A stretch of DNA of 64,000 nt, taken from the sequence record PQ433349.1. One strand, written 5' to 3'. The notes beneath the pieces were generated by a model. The model did not search any database. It had not been told where the DNA came from and saw nothing but the letters and a program-made list of their open reading frames with translations. This document shows positions 38,533 through 48,529 of this stretch, one piece after another; the stretch's first letter is position 1, and every line of letters starts with the position of its first letter. Made by a program: the position numbers and the translations under genes. The stretch is from Escherichia phage vB_Ec-G1.

Positions 38533-39138
38533 TTAAGCCCACCATGCGTCTAAGTTAAGATTACTGTCCACTACCACTTGTTCTATGTGGTAGCCTTTTA
38601 TCTGTATCCCACTGTTCAAGAGCATATCATACGCTTCATTGAAACGCAACTTATCTTCTGCGGAATATAAGCGAGCATTATAAAATCGGTAATCAATTTC
38701 TTCAGCATTAGAAGAAATACGGAAGAAGTTTGTTTCTACTTCGGGATCACTTGCTGAAGTCTTAATGTGAACTTCTCCATAATTTTCTTTACTTAGATCC
38801 ATGAAAAGAACACAGGCAACATGTTTAAACATTCGTTCCAGTTTGTAACGAACAACATTGAAACCTGCATTCTCAAGTTTTTCTACACACTGCAACATTA
38901 AAGTAGTGTCGAGATCGCTTTGATACTTTGTTAACATACGATCACGTTGAGACTTTGTATCCCGATGTAAATCAATTGTTGTGCATTTGGCACCAATAAT
39001 CTTAGCTGCTTTCATCAACTCTTCAGAACTAACGTTAGATAAAGTAAGATGAAAATGGGCTTTCCACACTTTTTTAGCAGGGACACCAAAAGATTTATCC
39101 CCACTATTCGGCATGTTGACTACTACACTATGTTGCAT
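38533..39138 (-). CDS. hypothetical protein
   Basis: Track ORF 201 aa. Confidence 0.45.
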   Translation of the reverse strand: MQHSVVVNMPNSGDKSFGVPAKKVWKAHFHLTLSNVSSEELMKAAKIIGAKCTTIDLHRDTKSQRDRMLTKYQSDLDTTLMLQCVEKLENAGFNVVRYKLERMFKHVACVLFMDLSKENYGEVHIKTSASDPEVETNFFRISSNAEEIDYRFYNARLYSAEDKLRFNEAYDMLLNSGIQIKGYHIEQVVVDSNLNLDAWWA

Positions 39139-39153
39139 TACTTATCTCCTCAC

Positions 39154-39378
39154 TTAAAATGGAAGTCTTTGAAGTTCATCTCCTCCGATATCAAGTAATT
39201 TAGCAACATCTCGATCAGAAAGCAACTCTTTTCTTTGTAAAATATCCACAAGGGTTGCAAGAATGTCCTTAACGTCCCGATCACTGTTCTTCAAAAGTTC
39301 TCCTGCCGTCCCTACTCTATCTCCTACAGCAAAATATGTAACCATGAAACCTCCTAAGTTAATCTGATTGCCAACCAC
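39154..39378 (-). CDS. hypothetical protein
   Basis: Track ORF 74 aa downstream of nrdG. Confidence 0.35.
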   Translation of the reverse strand: MVGNQINLGGFMVTYFAVGDRVGTAGELLKNSDRDVKDILATLVDILQRKELLSDRDVAKLLDIGGDELQRLPF

Positions 39379-39829
39379 TTGCCGTTTTGGTCCATAATCT
39401 TTGATTATCTGACCCTCTGAAAGGTTTTGTAGTTGGATTGTTTATTTCATACTTTCCGTCTACAATAATGTCAACAAGATTTTTAATATACAAAGGCACT
39501 TCCTCAAAAGTATATCCTGTATACACCATTATATCTTTGCTTGACCCATAAACATCTCTAACCTTTTCTATAAGGTTTTTAACATTGTAAATATTCTGCG
39601 GATCTAATGGCTCTCCTCCTAAAATTGTTAAACCTTTTACAAACGGTCTTGACAAATCTTTTAAAACTTGCTCTACATTTTCGTGAGTAAACGGTTTCCC
39701 ATAAGAATAAGACCAGGCTTTTTGGTTAAAACAGCCACGACAACCGTGGCTACAACCACTAACCCAGAGGGAGCACCTAACTCCCTCGCCATTAATAAGA
39801 TCTACAGGTTCATATCCTGCAAAATTCAA
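39359..39829 (-). CDS. nrdG: anaerobic ribonucleotide reductase activating protein
   Basis: Radical-SAM cluster motif CSHGCRGC near N-terminus; adjacent to nrdD. Confidence 0.8.
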   Translation of the reverse strand: MNFAGYEPVDLINGEGVRCSLWVSGCSHGCRGCFNQKAWSYSYGKPFTHENVEQVLKDLSRPFVKGLTILGGEPLDPQNIYNVKNLIEKVRDVYGSSKDIMVYTGYTFEEVPLYIKNLVDIIVDGKYEINNPTTKPFRGSDNQRLWTKTASGWQSD

Positions 39830-41640
39830 AGATGTTTCTCCCTTTGCAAAACTTCCTGCATTTTACCTTTGTTGTAAGGGCGTGAATTAGGGGCAGAAAG
39901 ATACCCTGACACACGTCTAACTACAGAAATAGTTTCTTCTTCATGGTTGCCACAATCAGGACACTCAAACCCTTTAGCCGTTGCCTTAAATTCTCCATGA
40001 AAACCACACTTAAAGCATTGATCCACGGGCTGATTAATACCAAAATAGTGAATATGTTCATAAGCGTAGTCTACTAAAGTCTCCAAAGCTTCTAAGTTAT
40101 TCTTTAAGTTTGGTGTTTCGACATAACTTATGTTACCACCATTACTAATCTGTGCAAAACCTGCTTCATAATCCCATTTTTCAAAAGGATTTGTTACCAA
40201 CCATACAGGTTGATGAAAAGAGTTAGTAAGATAATCTCTTTCTACCAAACCTGGGTATTTTTCATTTAAAGCTGTTGCAAACTTATAGCACAAGGATTCT
40301 GCTGGAGTTCCATAGAGACTAAACGCCAGCTTAGATCGTTCTTTAAACACAGCACACACATCTTTCATATGTTGCAGAATGCTTTTACCAAGTTCCTTTT
40401 TATCTTTTTCTTCTGGATAAAGGATTTCCAAAGCTTCGGCAAGACCTACATAACCAATACTAATAGAAGCATAACCACCTTCAAACAAAACACCAATTTC
40501 ATCATTGGCATTTAAACGCGCTAAAGCCCCTTCCATGAAAAGAATAGGGTTTTCAGATGCTTTGGTATGTCTGATACGGTTTACACGTAGCATGTGAGCA
40601 TCGTAGGCTATCTCCATATGTTTATTAAGAAGATCGGTGAAAGATTCTCCTTTACTTCTTGCTTCCGCAGCAATCAGAGGCAAGTTGATAGAAACTACTC
40701 CAAGGTTGAATCGTCCATCATATTTTTCTCCTTGTTCGGTGGCATAGTACGACAAAAAGGAACGACAACCCATACTCGTAACGGTACCATCTGCTGATCC
40801 CGTAACTTCTTTGTTCAAAGGAACAGAAATAAAATCTGGATAAATACGATCAGCACAACATGCCAAAGCTTGTTGCTTAAGGTCGTAGTTAGGATCACTA
40901 GGTTTCATGTTAACACCTTCTTGTAAAAAGAAAATAACTTTAGGGAATACAGGCGTTACATGATCTTTGCCTAGACCGTTACTATGCACTTTAAGATAGT
41001 TAGCTGTGATCATTCTGCCAAAAACAGAGGTATCCAGACCCATACTGATTGTAATAAAAGGAGATTGTCCATTAACACTCATTAAAGTGTTAACCTGATA
41101 CAAAAGAGTTTGCATAGCGTCATATACATCTTGTTCGGTCATTTCTAGGGCTTCTTTCCTTGCATAACAACCGTAGCGACGTTTGGTTATCTCCATGTTT
41201 TTAAGGAAACTGGCTTCAACATAAGGACTAAGACCTTTATCAATGTGCGCACACGTTTGACCTCCATACTGACTGGAGGCAACAGCTTGGATGATTTGAG
41301 TTAGCACTGTAGTAGCCACCCCAATAGATTTTGGTTTTTCTATCTGTGCGGCTCCGATCTTAAAACCATTCTCTAACATATCTTGATAATTAACAAGACA
41401 ACAGTTTGTAAGAGGAGAGAGTAGATAATCCAAGTCGTGAATATGTCCAAAACCTTCTGTATGCCATTCTGACAAGTTTTTTGGCAGTATCTGTGTCATT
41501 GCCATATGTTTGCTTAAAATCCCCGCCAAGAGATCCCTATGCGTGTTAACGAGGTGGGAAGGTTTGTTTGCATTCTCTCTAGTGTATGTTTCTGAAGTGC
41601 GATCTAAAAAAGAAAAAACATCTTGGTACAAATCTTTCAT
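39826..41640 (-). CDS. nrdD: anaerobic ribonucleoside-triphosphate reductase
   Basis: 604 aa; C-terminal zinc ribbon CFKCG...CPDCG and glycyl-radical motif RRVSGY. Confidence 0.85.
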   Translation of the reverse strand: MKDLYQDVFSFLDRTSETYTRENANKPSHLVNTHRDLLAGILSKHMAMTQILPKNLSEWHTEGFGHIHDLDYLLSPLTNCCLVNYQDMLENGFKIGAAQIEKPKSIGVATTVLTQIIQAVASSQYGGQTCAHIDKGLSPYVEASFLKNMEITKRRYGCYARKEALEMTEQDVYDAMQTLLYQVNTLMSVNGQSPFITISMGLDTSVFGRMITANYLKVHSNGLGKDHVTPVFPKVIFFLQEGVNMKPSDPNYDLKQQALACCADRIYPDFISVPLNKEVTGSADGTVTSMGCRSFLSYYATEQGEKYDGRFNLGVVSINLPLIAAEARSKGESFTDLLNKHMEIAYDAHMLRVNRIRHTKASENPILFMEGALARLNANDEIGVLFEGGYASISIGYVGLAEALEILYPEEKDKKELGKSILQHMKDVCAVFKERSKLAFSLYGTPAESLCYKFATALNEKYPGLVERDYLTNSFHQPVWLVTNPFEKWDYEAGFAQISNGGNISYVETPNLKNNLEALETLVDYAYEHIHYFGINQPVDQCFKCGFHGEFKATAKGFECPDCGNHEEETISVVRRVSGYLSAPNSRPYNKGKMQEVLQREKHL

Positions 41641-41704
41641 TATTAATCCTTATTTTGTGAGTAGAACTATTATTCTACCTCTTCCAACCGAAAAAAGCTT
41701 TGAG

Positions 41705-41734
41705 GGAAATCAAAAAAGGCGCAAAGTGCGCCTT
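41705..41734 (-). terminator. intrinsic terminator
   Basis: aggcgcactttgcgcct hairpin followed by tttttgattt on minus strand. Confidence 0.65.
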
Positions 41735-41743
41735 TAAGTTTTA

Positions 41744-43090
41744 TCATTTGGAGAGGAATTGTCTTCCCATGATCTTACCGTTCTTCACAGCGGTCCCATC
41801 GTGTCCATTGTAATCCCAGGTTCCATCGATATTACGCAAGAAGCTATCACGAACAGTATAGGCTTTACCGTTCTCTACTTTACTTTCTTCCACAATGATT
41901 GCCATAACAAGCTTATTTTCAATTTCGGTAGTAACCGATTCTTTGATACCCTCTGTAACTTCACGATCATATTGGATATAAACTCGCTCCTCGGTTACTT
42001 GCACGTCTACCACATTTTTAAATGTATAGGTCTGTTGTGTAGTGTAGAGGACACGAACGACACTCTTCTTACCTACTGGCGGCTTCTGACGACGCTTGCG
42101 GTAACGTGGAGACGGGTTAAGTTTAATATAACCTACAATATCTGATCCATCTCCAGAGTGGCTCCAATACAACGTCTCTGCCAACAAACCTTTTCCTTGG
42201 TCCCCATTTCGAAAAAGAACATTAACAGGACCATCACAAGGGCGTCTACCTCCGATGTGGGCTTGGTATTTTGCTGTTCTTGGGAGAACAAAATATTCTT
42301 CAATCTGCCATTCACTATCGTATTTCTCCCATTCAAAGTGGTTGGCTTTACATACTTCTAAAACACCATTTTTGTAACGGACTTGAACAAAGTCTTCACA
42401 AGGTTGAATACCTGTATTAGGAATATAGGTAGGCTCTGTGTCTTCTGGTTCAAAAGTCTCTTTTTGTTGTTCCACATCTTCCACTTTTCTTACATGCTTA
42501 GTATAAAACATATCTTTAAACTCCTGTGCTTCAACCTCAACTGCAAATTCATGTTCTCTGACAACCGGAGGCACAAGGCTTCCACACTCAAGATGTAGAG
42601 CATCCAGACCTGCCATTTTATCGTAAAAGATAACTTTTCGATACTTCTTACCGTCTTCTGGAATAGCAGGGTCTACTCGTTTAAGACGGGAAGCATCGCT
42701 TTTAGTCCAAAAACTCTTCCCTGTTGTATTATTGAAAGTAGTAATCATTTCTTCAATTTCTTCTTCGGAAAGGTTACTAGTGTCTGTGTAAACATCTTCA
42801 ATTTTTAGCATTTTAGTTTTCTTAAGAATTAAATCTAGCATTGCATCTCCTGTAAAACGCAGTTCATTATCTCCTACTGTCGGATCTCCAGTAAATTCAT
42901 TGGTCCCGACTGTGTGACAGATGTATGGAAAATTTGTGCAACCGTGTAAAAGAGCATATTTTCCTGTAAGTTTAGGATCTGTCTCTTTGGTCCAACCATA
43001 TGCAATCTCAATAGCTTTGCAAAGCCTGTCGAACAAGCCCCGATTGTTTGCCGCTGTTACCAAATCTTGCTTATGTGCATATACATTCAT
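41744..43090 (-). CDS. hypothetical protein
   Basis: Track ORF 448 aa; no motif recognised by eye. Confidence 0.5.
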   Translation of the reverse strand: MNVYAHKQDLVTAANNRGLFDRLCKAIEIAYGWTKETDPKLTGKYALLHGCTNFPYICHTVGTNEFTGDPTVGDNELRFTGDAMLDLILKKTKMLKIEDVYTDTSNLSEEEIEEMITTFNNTTGKSFWTKSDASRLKRVDPAIPEDGKKYRKVIFYDKMAGLDALHLECGSLVPPVVREHEFAVEVEAQEFKDMFYTKHVRKVEDVEQQKETFEPEDTEPTYIPNTGIQPCEDFVQVRYKNGVLEVCKANHFEWEKYDSEWQIEEYFVLPRTAKYQAHIGGRRPCDGPVNVLFRNGDQGKGLLAETLYWSHSGDGSDIVGYIKLNPSPRYRKRRQKPPVGKKSVVRVLYTTQQTYTFKNVVDVQVTEERVYIQYDREVTEGIKESVTTEIENKLVMAIIVEESKVENGKAYTVRDSFLRNIDGTWDYNGHDGTAVKNGKIMGRQFLSK

Positions 43091-43641
43091 AATAATCCTC
43101 CTCGTTTTATTGCAATAGATGCCCTAGGCTCTGCGATACCAGTGGCGTATAAATACGGATGACCTTGTGGAGAAGTTCTCATCCCAAACGAACCTAATTC
43201 TAACCCATACGTATCTTCCACGTCAAGACCAATATCTGTCTCTATGATTTGAGTTTGAACTTTGTAATACGTCCAAAAGAAATAGCGCATAGTTTCGGCA
43301 TACTCTTTGATGGACGCTCCTGGATAAAACTCAATAATTTCCAACTTCAAGAAAATGTTAAAATGAACATCATCTAACTCTTCCTCTGTTCGGTAGCAAG
43401 GTGTTAGAGCCATATAAGGATGATCTGTTGAAAATTCAAAACCATCTTTCTCCATCTGGAGGAAAGACTGCTCTGCACTGGCTACGTAGAACTTACCATT
43501 AGGATGCCCCAAGGGGCGATCCTCTTTACCTTCTGGTAATGTATATGCAAGGATATCCGCATCTACAAGATAAGGGACTTCCAACATCTCCGCAAATCGT
43601 CCGTAGTAATCAATAGCTTGAGCAATAACAGCTACGTTCAT
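43087..43641 (-). CDS. hypothetical protein
   Basis: Track ORF 184 aa. Confidence 0.5.
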   Translation of the reverse strand: MNVAVIAQAIDYYGRFAEMLEVPYLVDADILAYTLPEGKEDRPLGHPNGKFYVASAEQSFLQMEKDGFEFSTDHPYMALTPCYRTEEELDDVHFNIFLKLEIIEFYPGASIKEYAETMRYFFWTYYKVQTQIIETDIGLDVEDTYGLELGSFGMRTSPQGHPYLYATGIAEPRASIAIKRGGLL

Positions 43642-43889
43642 GATCTTCCTCCTGTGCGGAAAGCGCGTTTAGTAATGTTTGACATAATGATCAAATCTTG
43701 TAAAGTCATATCTGGGAACTGTTGTTCTAAAACTCCCTCTACAGCACCTATAATATCTGATAATTCAACAAGTTGCATTATTTTGCAATCCTGTTCAACA
43801 GCATCAAAAAGTTCTTCTACTTCCTCTTTAATCTTTTCTATACTGCCATAAGGTTGCTTCTTAATATTTGTTATGTGATACCCTGCCAT
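43638..43889 (-). CDS. MazG-like nucleotide pyrophosphohydrolase domain protein (tentative)
   Basis: EEVEELFDAVEQD...ELSDIIGAVEGVLE resembles MazG-type EExxE...ELgD motifs. Confidence 0.35.
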   Translation of the reverse strand: MAGYHITNIKKQPYGSIEKIKEEVEELFDAVEQDCKIMQLVELSDIIGAVEGVLEQQFPDMTLQDLIIMSNITKRAFRTGGRS

Positions 43890-45482
43890 TTAACGATCCT
43901 CTCTGATTTGATTAATCTTACGAGCAAGGGCAGCTATGAGCTTATCTTCTTCGGATACAGGAGCCGTGCTCTTACCTAAACGATGCATGTCTAAAATCTC
44001 TTGAACAGTCCGGTTCCATTGCAGACATTTAATACAACGTGTATGTGCAACATACAGAAGATTTCGTTCTGATTCTTCAAGACCTACCCACTCACCCTTC
44101 TTATCATAATTGGAAGGGAAGTCATTTGCAACAATAACCTGATCCCACTCCAAACCTTTTGATTTATGGGCTGTAGTTAAAGTAACTTTAGCCGTTGGAG
44201 AGTTACGGTGCATACGTAGAGTGTATGCAATATTATTAGCTTTACCAGAAACAACAATGTTTAAAAGTCGTTTTGCATCAGGATCTGATTCTGCACACTC
44301 TACAAATTCTTCCCAGGAAGTATAAGGTAGAACTGTCTCATGCTTAACTTTGTCCAAATCACCTCTACGTAAAGCATTAACACTATCAACCATAGAAATG
44401 AAATCTTTGGTATCTACGTTAATAATAATTTCTTCTCCGTTAGCGATTCGGTCCATAGCTTCGAGCAACAGAGTCAAATTCTTACGGAAAATAATAGTGT
44501 AAGGTTTACTATAATCTACCACATCAGAATGAAAACTTCCAGTGACAGTATCATAACCTTTGCCTACCAGCGGATGCTTCAGAGGTGAGCGATCAGAAAG
44601 GATCGCATTAGCAATGTCCGCAACTTTAGGACCAAAACGAAAACAAGCTGTCAGAGGCAACTCAACTCCATATGTAGCTGTTTGCTTCATCATATTCTGG
44701 CTTCCACGGAACTGATAAATACTCTGAAATTCATCACCCACAACAACAATACGTTTAGCCGATTTAGCATTACGAAGGATAGACAGGAATGCAGGGTTAA
44801 CATCCTGGAACTCATCTCCGAAAATAATATCATACCCTAAATCTTCTTTACTCAATTCAAAGAGTTTCACATAAGTGTCATGAGTCATAATGGTTTCTGA
44901 CTTAGGATCAATACGCTCACGCCAAAGTTGCTTCGCATATTTAACAACTTCGTTAATAAGTTTTTGTTCGTTGATGTTTTTACGTTTAAGATCTGACATA
45001 TGCACTTTAGGAAAATGTTTATGTCCAATATGTTCATCGTCAGAAAACTCATATTTAGCTAAAGTTTGTTTTACCATTAATCCAATCATTGCACGAGTCA
45101 GTAGCACTTTACCATTCTTATCAATCAAGTTCTGAATCTTGAATTTTTTGGCAATCTCACTACCAGTTCCAGCTACGTTAACATATTGACCTTCTGGACG
45201 AGATAATTTGTGTCGAAGGTTTTGTGGAAGACGCTGGTAACAGATAGAATGTAGCGTTCGGCACATAACATTAGGTGGCATTTTACGTCGAGCTTCCTCT
45301 GCCATACTTTTGTTAAATGCCAAGTATAGAATACTATCATTTGTGCCATTAGCCAACATATATAGTGTTGACGTTTTACCTGATCCAGATTTAGCTTGAA
45401 TTGTAACGAAACGATTTTCTTTATACCCACTTTCAATAGCATATTGTTCATCGGTAGGTGTAAAACTCAATTGTGTAGACAC
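43890..45482 (-). CDS. SF1 DNA helicase (UvrD/Rep-like)
   Basis: Walker A AKSGSGKTS, motif II IIFGDEFQD, motif VI-like TTAHKSKGLEWDQV. Confidence 0.7.
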   Translation of the reverse strand: MSTQLSFTPTDEQYAIESGYKENRFVTIQAKSGSGKTSTLYMLANGTNDSILYLAFNKSMAEEARRKMPPNVMCRTLHSICYQRLPQNLRHKLSRPEGQYVNVAGTGSEIAKKFKIQNLIDKNGKVLLTRAMIGLMVKQTLAKYEFSDDEHIGHKHFPKVHMSDLKRKNINEQKLINEVVKYAKQLWRERIDPKSETIMTHDTYVKLFELSKEDLGYDIIFGDEFQDVNPAFLSILRNAKSAKRIVVVGDEFQSIYQFRGSQNMMKQTATYGVELPLTACFRFGPKVADIANAILSDRSPLKHPLVGKGYDTVTGSFHSDVVDYSKPYTIIFRKNLTLLLEAMDRIANGEEIIINVDTKDFISMVDSVNALRRGDLDKVKHETVLPYTSWEEFVECAESDPDAKRLLNIVVSGKANNIAYTLRMHRNSPTAKVTLTTAHKSKGLEWDQVIVANDFPSNYDKKGEWVGLEESERNLLYVAHTRCIKCLQWNRTVQEILDMHRLGKSTAPVSEEDKLIAALARKINQIREDR

Positions 45483-45496
45483 GTATTTCTCCTCTC

Positions 45497-46006
45497 TTAA
45501 TAAAAACTCTTGACAATCCTCATCATTTCCTTAGCTCTGCTGGCGTAAGGTTCTTTTAGATTAGGTGGCAAATGTGCATTAATGTATCCCATTTGTTTTT
45601 CCCATGTCCACTTATCTTTAAATCTTGGCATGGTATCTCCTGCTAAACTGTTTTCTTTTCGTGTTTGAATAATCCAATTACATGGAAAATGCACACCACC
45701 TTTACGGAAGGGAATATAATGTCCCAATGTGAATGCCTTATTGTTCTTTAAACGTCCAGCTAAATTAAGATTAACAATAAGACTACGAAACACATAGTAT
45801 TGATAAAGATTGTCAACAGTATATACAGAGTAGTATGCTCTAAGTGCATTATCTCTACTAAGATTACCAACATCCAAACTGCACCAGTTTAAATTACTTG
45901 GATCATAGTTGTGATTATCAATCCATTCTTCTCTTTCCTCAAATTCTGCATTAACAGCAGATTGCCCTGCTGTAGATACAAAAAGAGAATTTGCATCAAA
46001 GAACAT
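45497..46006 (-). CDS. HNH endonuclease
   Basis: HYIPFRKGGVHFPCNWIIQTRKEN fits HNH H..P...GG...N...N pattern. Confidence 0.5.
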   Translation of the reverse strand: MFFDANSLFVSTAGQSAVNAEFEEREEWIDNHNYDPSNLNWCSLDVGNLSRDNALRAYYSVYTVDNLYQYYVFRSLIVNLNLAGRLKNNKAFTLGHYIPFRKGGVHFPCNWIIQTRKENSLAGDTMPRFKDKWTWEKQMGYINAHLPPNLKEPYASRAKEMMRIVKSFY

Positions 46007-46016
46007 ACTCCCTCCT

Positions 46017-46427
46017 TTAGTTTACATCGTTTAGAGCATTACCAATCTTTAAGATAATAACATCGTTAAGGGCTTCTTCTCCATTAAGGCCAGAGAAAGC
46101 AGGAGTAACGAAAGTTACCATATAATAATGGTCTTCTTGTAGGATTGCGATAACGCCGTCTAGTTTAACATCTCCTGTGAAACGAAAAACTTTCAACTTT
46201 TGTTCTAAAGGAAGATCTCCTTCAACATTTAAAACCATATCTCCAACACCAAACTTTTCTGCCCCGATGTAGATGTAAGCTTGGTCCTCTTTTTTATGAT
46301 AATATAGTGTTGCTTGTTTGTCTTGTAGTGTTGTGATACCAAACACATCTACATCAATAATATTTTTCAAAAATTCTCCTCCCAAATCCAATAATTGTCT
46401 ACATAAGTAGGATGCCTTTTGTCCCAC
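46017..46427 (-). CDS. hypothetical protein
   Basis: Track ORF 136 aa; start likely internal. Confidence 0.4.
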   Translation of the reverse strand: MGQKASYLCRQLLDLGGEFLKNIIDVDVFGITTLQDKQATLYYHKKEDQAYIYIGAEKFGVGDMVLNVEGDLPLEQKLKVFRFTGDVKLDGVIAILQEDHYYMVTFVTPAFSGLNGEEALNDVIILKIGNALNDVN

Positions 46428-46735
46428 TCTTTTCTAGCCCAAGCCACGGCTGCTACCAATACATCTCCATGACAAGGTTGAGGGGAGCAGAAGCAAACTA
46501 AATCTTTCCCTTCTAGCTCTAATAAATCTTCAAGAGTGATCTTACCACAACGAATTTGCTCCCACAACCACTCTTTATACCTTTGTATAGTTGATCCTCG
46601 TGGTTCATCATCTTTTAACTTAAAAGGGTTTGCAAACTTGGAGGCTTTTAGTCCCATATGTGGCATTGCTCTACCAATATAAACAGCACCCTCTGGGATT
46701 GTTTTGCCTAAATGGTAAAAGTTTAATACCTTCAT
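46367..46735 (-). CDS. DUF4326-like protein (tentative)
   Basis: YIGR...SKFANPF...LVCFCSPQPCHGDVL pattern recalled for DUF4326. Confidence 0.4.
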   Translation of the reverse strand: MKVLNFYHLGKTIPEGAVYIGRAMPHMGLKASKFANPFKLKDDEPRGSTIQRYKEWLWEQIRCGKITLEDLLELEGKDLVCFCSPQPCHGDVLVAAVAWARKEWDKRHPTYVDNYWIWEENF

Positions 46736-46736
46736 A

Positions 46737-47099
46737 TTAACCTAAACACATACGTGCGATCAGACCTTGAATTAGTTTATCTGCTTCTTCACGATCATAG
46801 TCGGTATCTTCTATACCACCATCTTCGTCACGATAAACTTTACCTTCCAGGTACCCAGCATCGATCAAACCAATAATCAAATCGAACTGCCAACAAGAAT
46901 TACCGAAAGGACGTTTTCCACTGAAACTGTCTTCTTCTTCCCAAAGTGTAGAGAGCAGTCGTCTGAAATATTCACGCACAGTAACAGTTCCAAGATCATC
47001 GTCTTCAAAAACAACATCTAAAGCGTCTGGTTCAGCTTTCTCTACAACAGGCACATAACGTTGACCATTAATAACAACATCTACAATCGTTTCTCTCAT
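46737..47099 (-). CDS. hypothetical protein
   Basis: Track ORF 120 aa. Confidence 0.45.
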   Translation of the reverse strand: MRETIVDVVINGQRYVPVVEKAEPDALDVVFEDDDLGTVTVREYFRRLLSTLWEEEDSFSGKRPFGNSCWQFDLIIGLIDAGYLEGKVYRDEDGGIEDTDYDREEADKLIQGLIARMCLG

Positions 47100-47458
47100 T
47101 TTTCCTCCTTCTTGTATTCTAAGAACATGTCAACTTCATAAGCTGTCCGTTCATTAAATTTACTAGGGTCTACTAAAATAAAAAGTTGTTTATTTATATC
47201 TTGAAACTCTTTTACTACAATGTAAAGGTGTTTCTTACAAGAGAAGCCTGTTGCTTGATAAGCATCGCCCCAATCATCCACACCTTTTAATGTTTCTACA
47301 TACTTACATTTTATTTTATCTTTACCGTCTTGGTAAAGTGCTTCACCTCCGAACCATGTGAAGAATTTAGTGCGATCTGCCCCAACCTTAAAGCCGTCAC
47401 GAGCAAAAACACCAGCAGAGGCTAATAACAGCAAGGCAAACAGCACTTTTCTCATCAC
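47096..47458 (-). CDS. secreted protein with signal peptide
   Basis: MMRKVLFALLLLASAGVFA signal sequence. Confidence 0.5.
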   Translation of the reverse strand: MMRKVLFALLLLASAGVFARDGFKVGADRTKFFTWFGGEALYQDGKDKIKCKYVETLKGVDDWGDAYQATGFSCKKHLYIVVKEFQDINKQLFILVDPSKFNERTAYEVDMFLEYKKEEK

Positions 47459-47766
47459 ATCTCCTCGTCGGACTTCAAGGCTTTAGAGAATACTACATTA
47501 AACATTTCACCGCAACCATTATTAACATAATACATGATGTAATTATCATCTTCGTCTACAGGCGCACGATACTCCAATTCATAACTATACAGATTAGAAT
47601 TACTTGTGCAACCTTGTGGATACCAAAAGTAAAGTTCACCACAAGATTCTACCCATTTAAGACCAGTCCGATCTTCAAACACCAATGTAGAAGGGTTTTC
47701 TGAATCTTTCACAGCTTCTTCATATTGTTGATGTACCATAACTGCTAATGATAATGTACTCATCAC
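47455..47766 (-). CDS. hypothetical protein
   Basis: Track ORF 103 aa (GTG/ATG start). Confidence 0.45.
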   Translation of the reverse strand: MMSTLSLAVMVHQQYEEAVKDSENPSTLVFEDRTGLKWVESCGELYFWYPQGCTSNSNLYSYELEYRAPVDEDDNYIMYYVNNGCGEMFNVVFSKALKSDEEM

Positions 47767-47936
47767 GCCTCCAAATAGTGTTTACAAATGACAAAACGCC
47801 ATGTTTGTTTATAATAGTCTCTTTTTTCAAGAGCCTCTTTGTAAGAGGGTATACGTTGCGACAGAAGCATCCATTCACAATCTGCACCCATTCTTCCATA
47901 AAGCGCGTAACGGATGTTACTTTGTTTATCTCCCAT
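47763..47936 (-). CDS. small protein (57 aa, not in ORF track)
   Basis: AAGGAGG RBS 5 nt before ATG; TGATG stop-start coupling to next gene. Confidence 0.45.
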   Translation of the reverse strand: MGDKQSNIRYALYGRMGADCEWMLLSQRIPSYKEALEKRDYYKQTWRFVICKHYLEA

Positions 47937-47979
47937 AAATGCCTCCTTAATCTTGTTTACAAGTATACCCTCTAATTAG

Positions 47980-48177
47980 TTACACTTTTTCCCAAGTACC
48001 AAAAGCACAGGAAGGGTAGATTCCAACTTGAGGGTTTCCGTTATCATCTTTGAAAGTAAAACTGTTGTTGTCTTTATCAAGAACTGTAGAATAAATCTTA
48101 CCAACAGTAACGCAGTTGGAAGCTTGACCCAGTTCAGTAAGAGTAAGACATTTCATTTTCTGTTTCTTTGTAGCCAT
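47980..48177 (-). CDS. hypothetical protein
   Basis: Track ORF 65 aa; AAGGAG RBS; promoter upstream. Confidence 0.5.
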   Translation of the reverse strand: MATKKQKMKCLTLTELGQASNCVTVGKIYSTVLDKDNNSFTFKDDNGNPQVGIYPSCAFGTWEKV

Positions 48178-48207
48178 TTATAAAATCTCCTTAGTAAGTG
48201 AATCTTT

Positions 48208-48237
48208 ATTCTACACAAAGAGCTTTGCACATGTCAA
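48208..48237 (-). promoter_or_regulatory. sigma70-like promoter
   Basis: On minus strand TTGACA, 18-bp spacer, TAGAAT. Confidence 0.5.
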
Positions 48238-48259
48238 GTAACTCTTTGTCAGATTAGTC

Positions 48260-48529
48260 TTAATGATTGGTGATGTTGATGACAATCTTAGTTTCAACCT
48301 TAGCCCAACAGGAATCTGCTTCATTAAAACGACTATTCACAATGTATTCTCCTGCACGAGAGCCTGTTAAGCACACTGCACCTGTATCTGTAGCCAAATA
48401 GTATTCCCGTTCTTGTTCATCTACTTCTGCAATGTAGTAGTAGAAAACAGACATAGGTTCAATTTCAGCTAAACGGTATAATTTTGGAACAGGGGATTTC
48501 TCGATAAACTCAACAGAAGTTTTACTCAT
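48260..48529 (-). CDS. hypothetical protein
   Basis: Track ORF 89 aa. Confidence 0.45.
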   Translation of the reverse strand: MSKTSVEFIEKSPVPKLYRLAEIEPMSVFYYYIAEVDEQEREYYLATDTGAVCLTGSRAGEYIVNSRFNEADSCWAKVETKIVINITNH

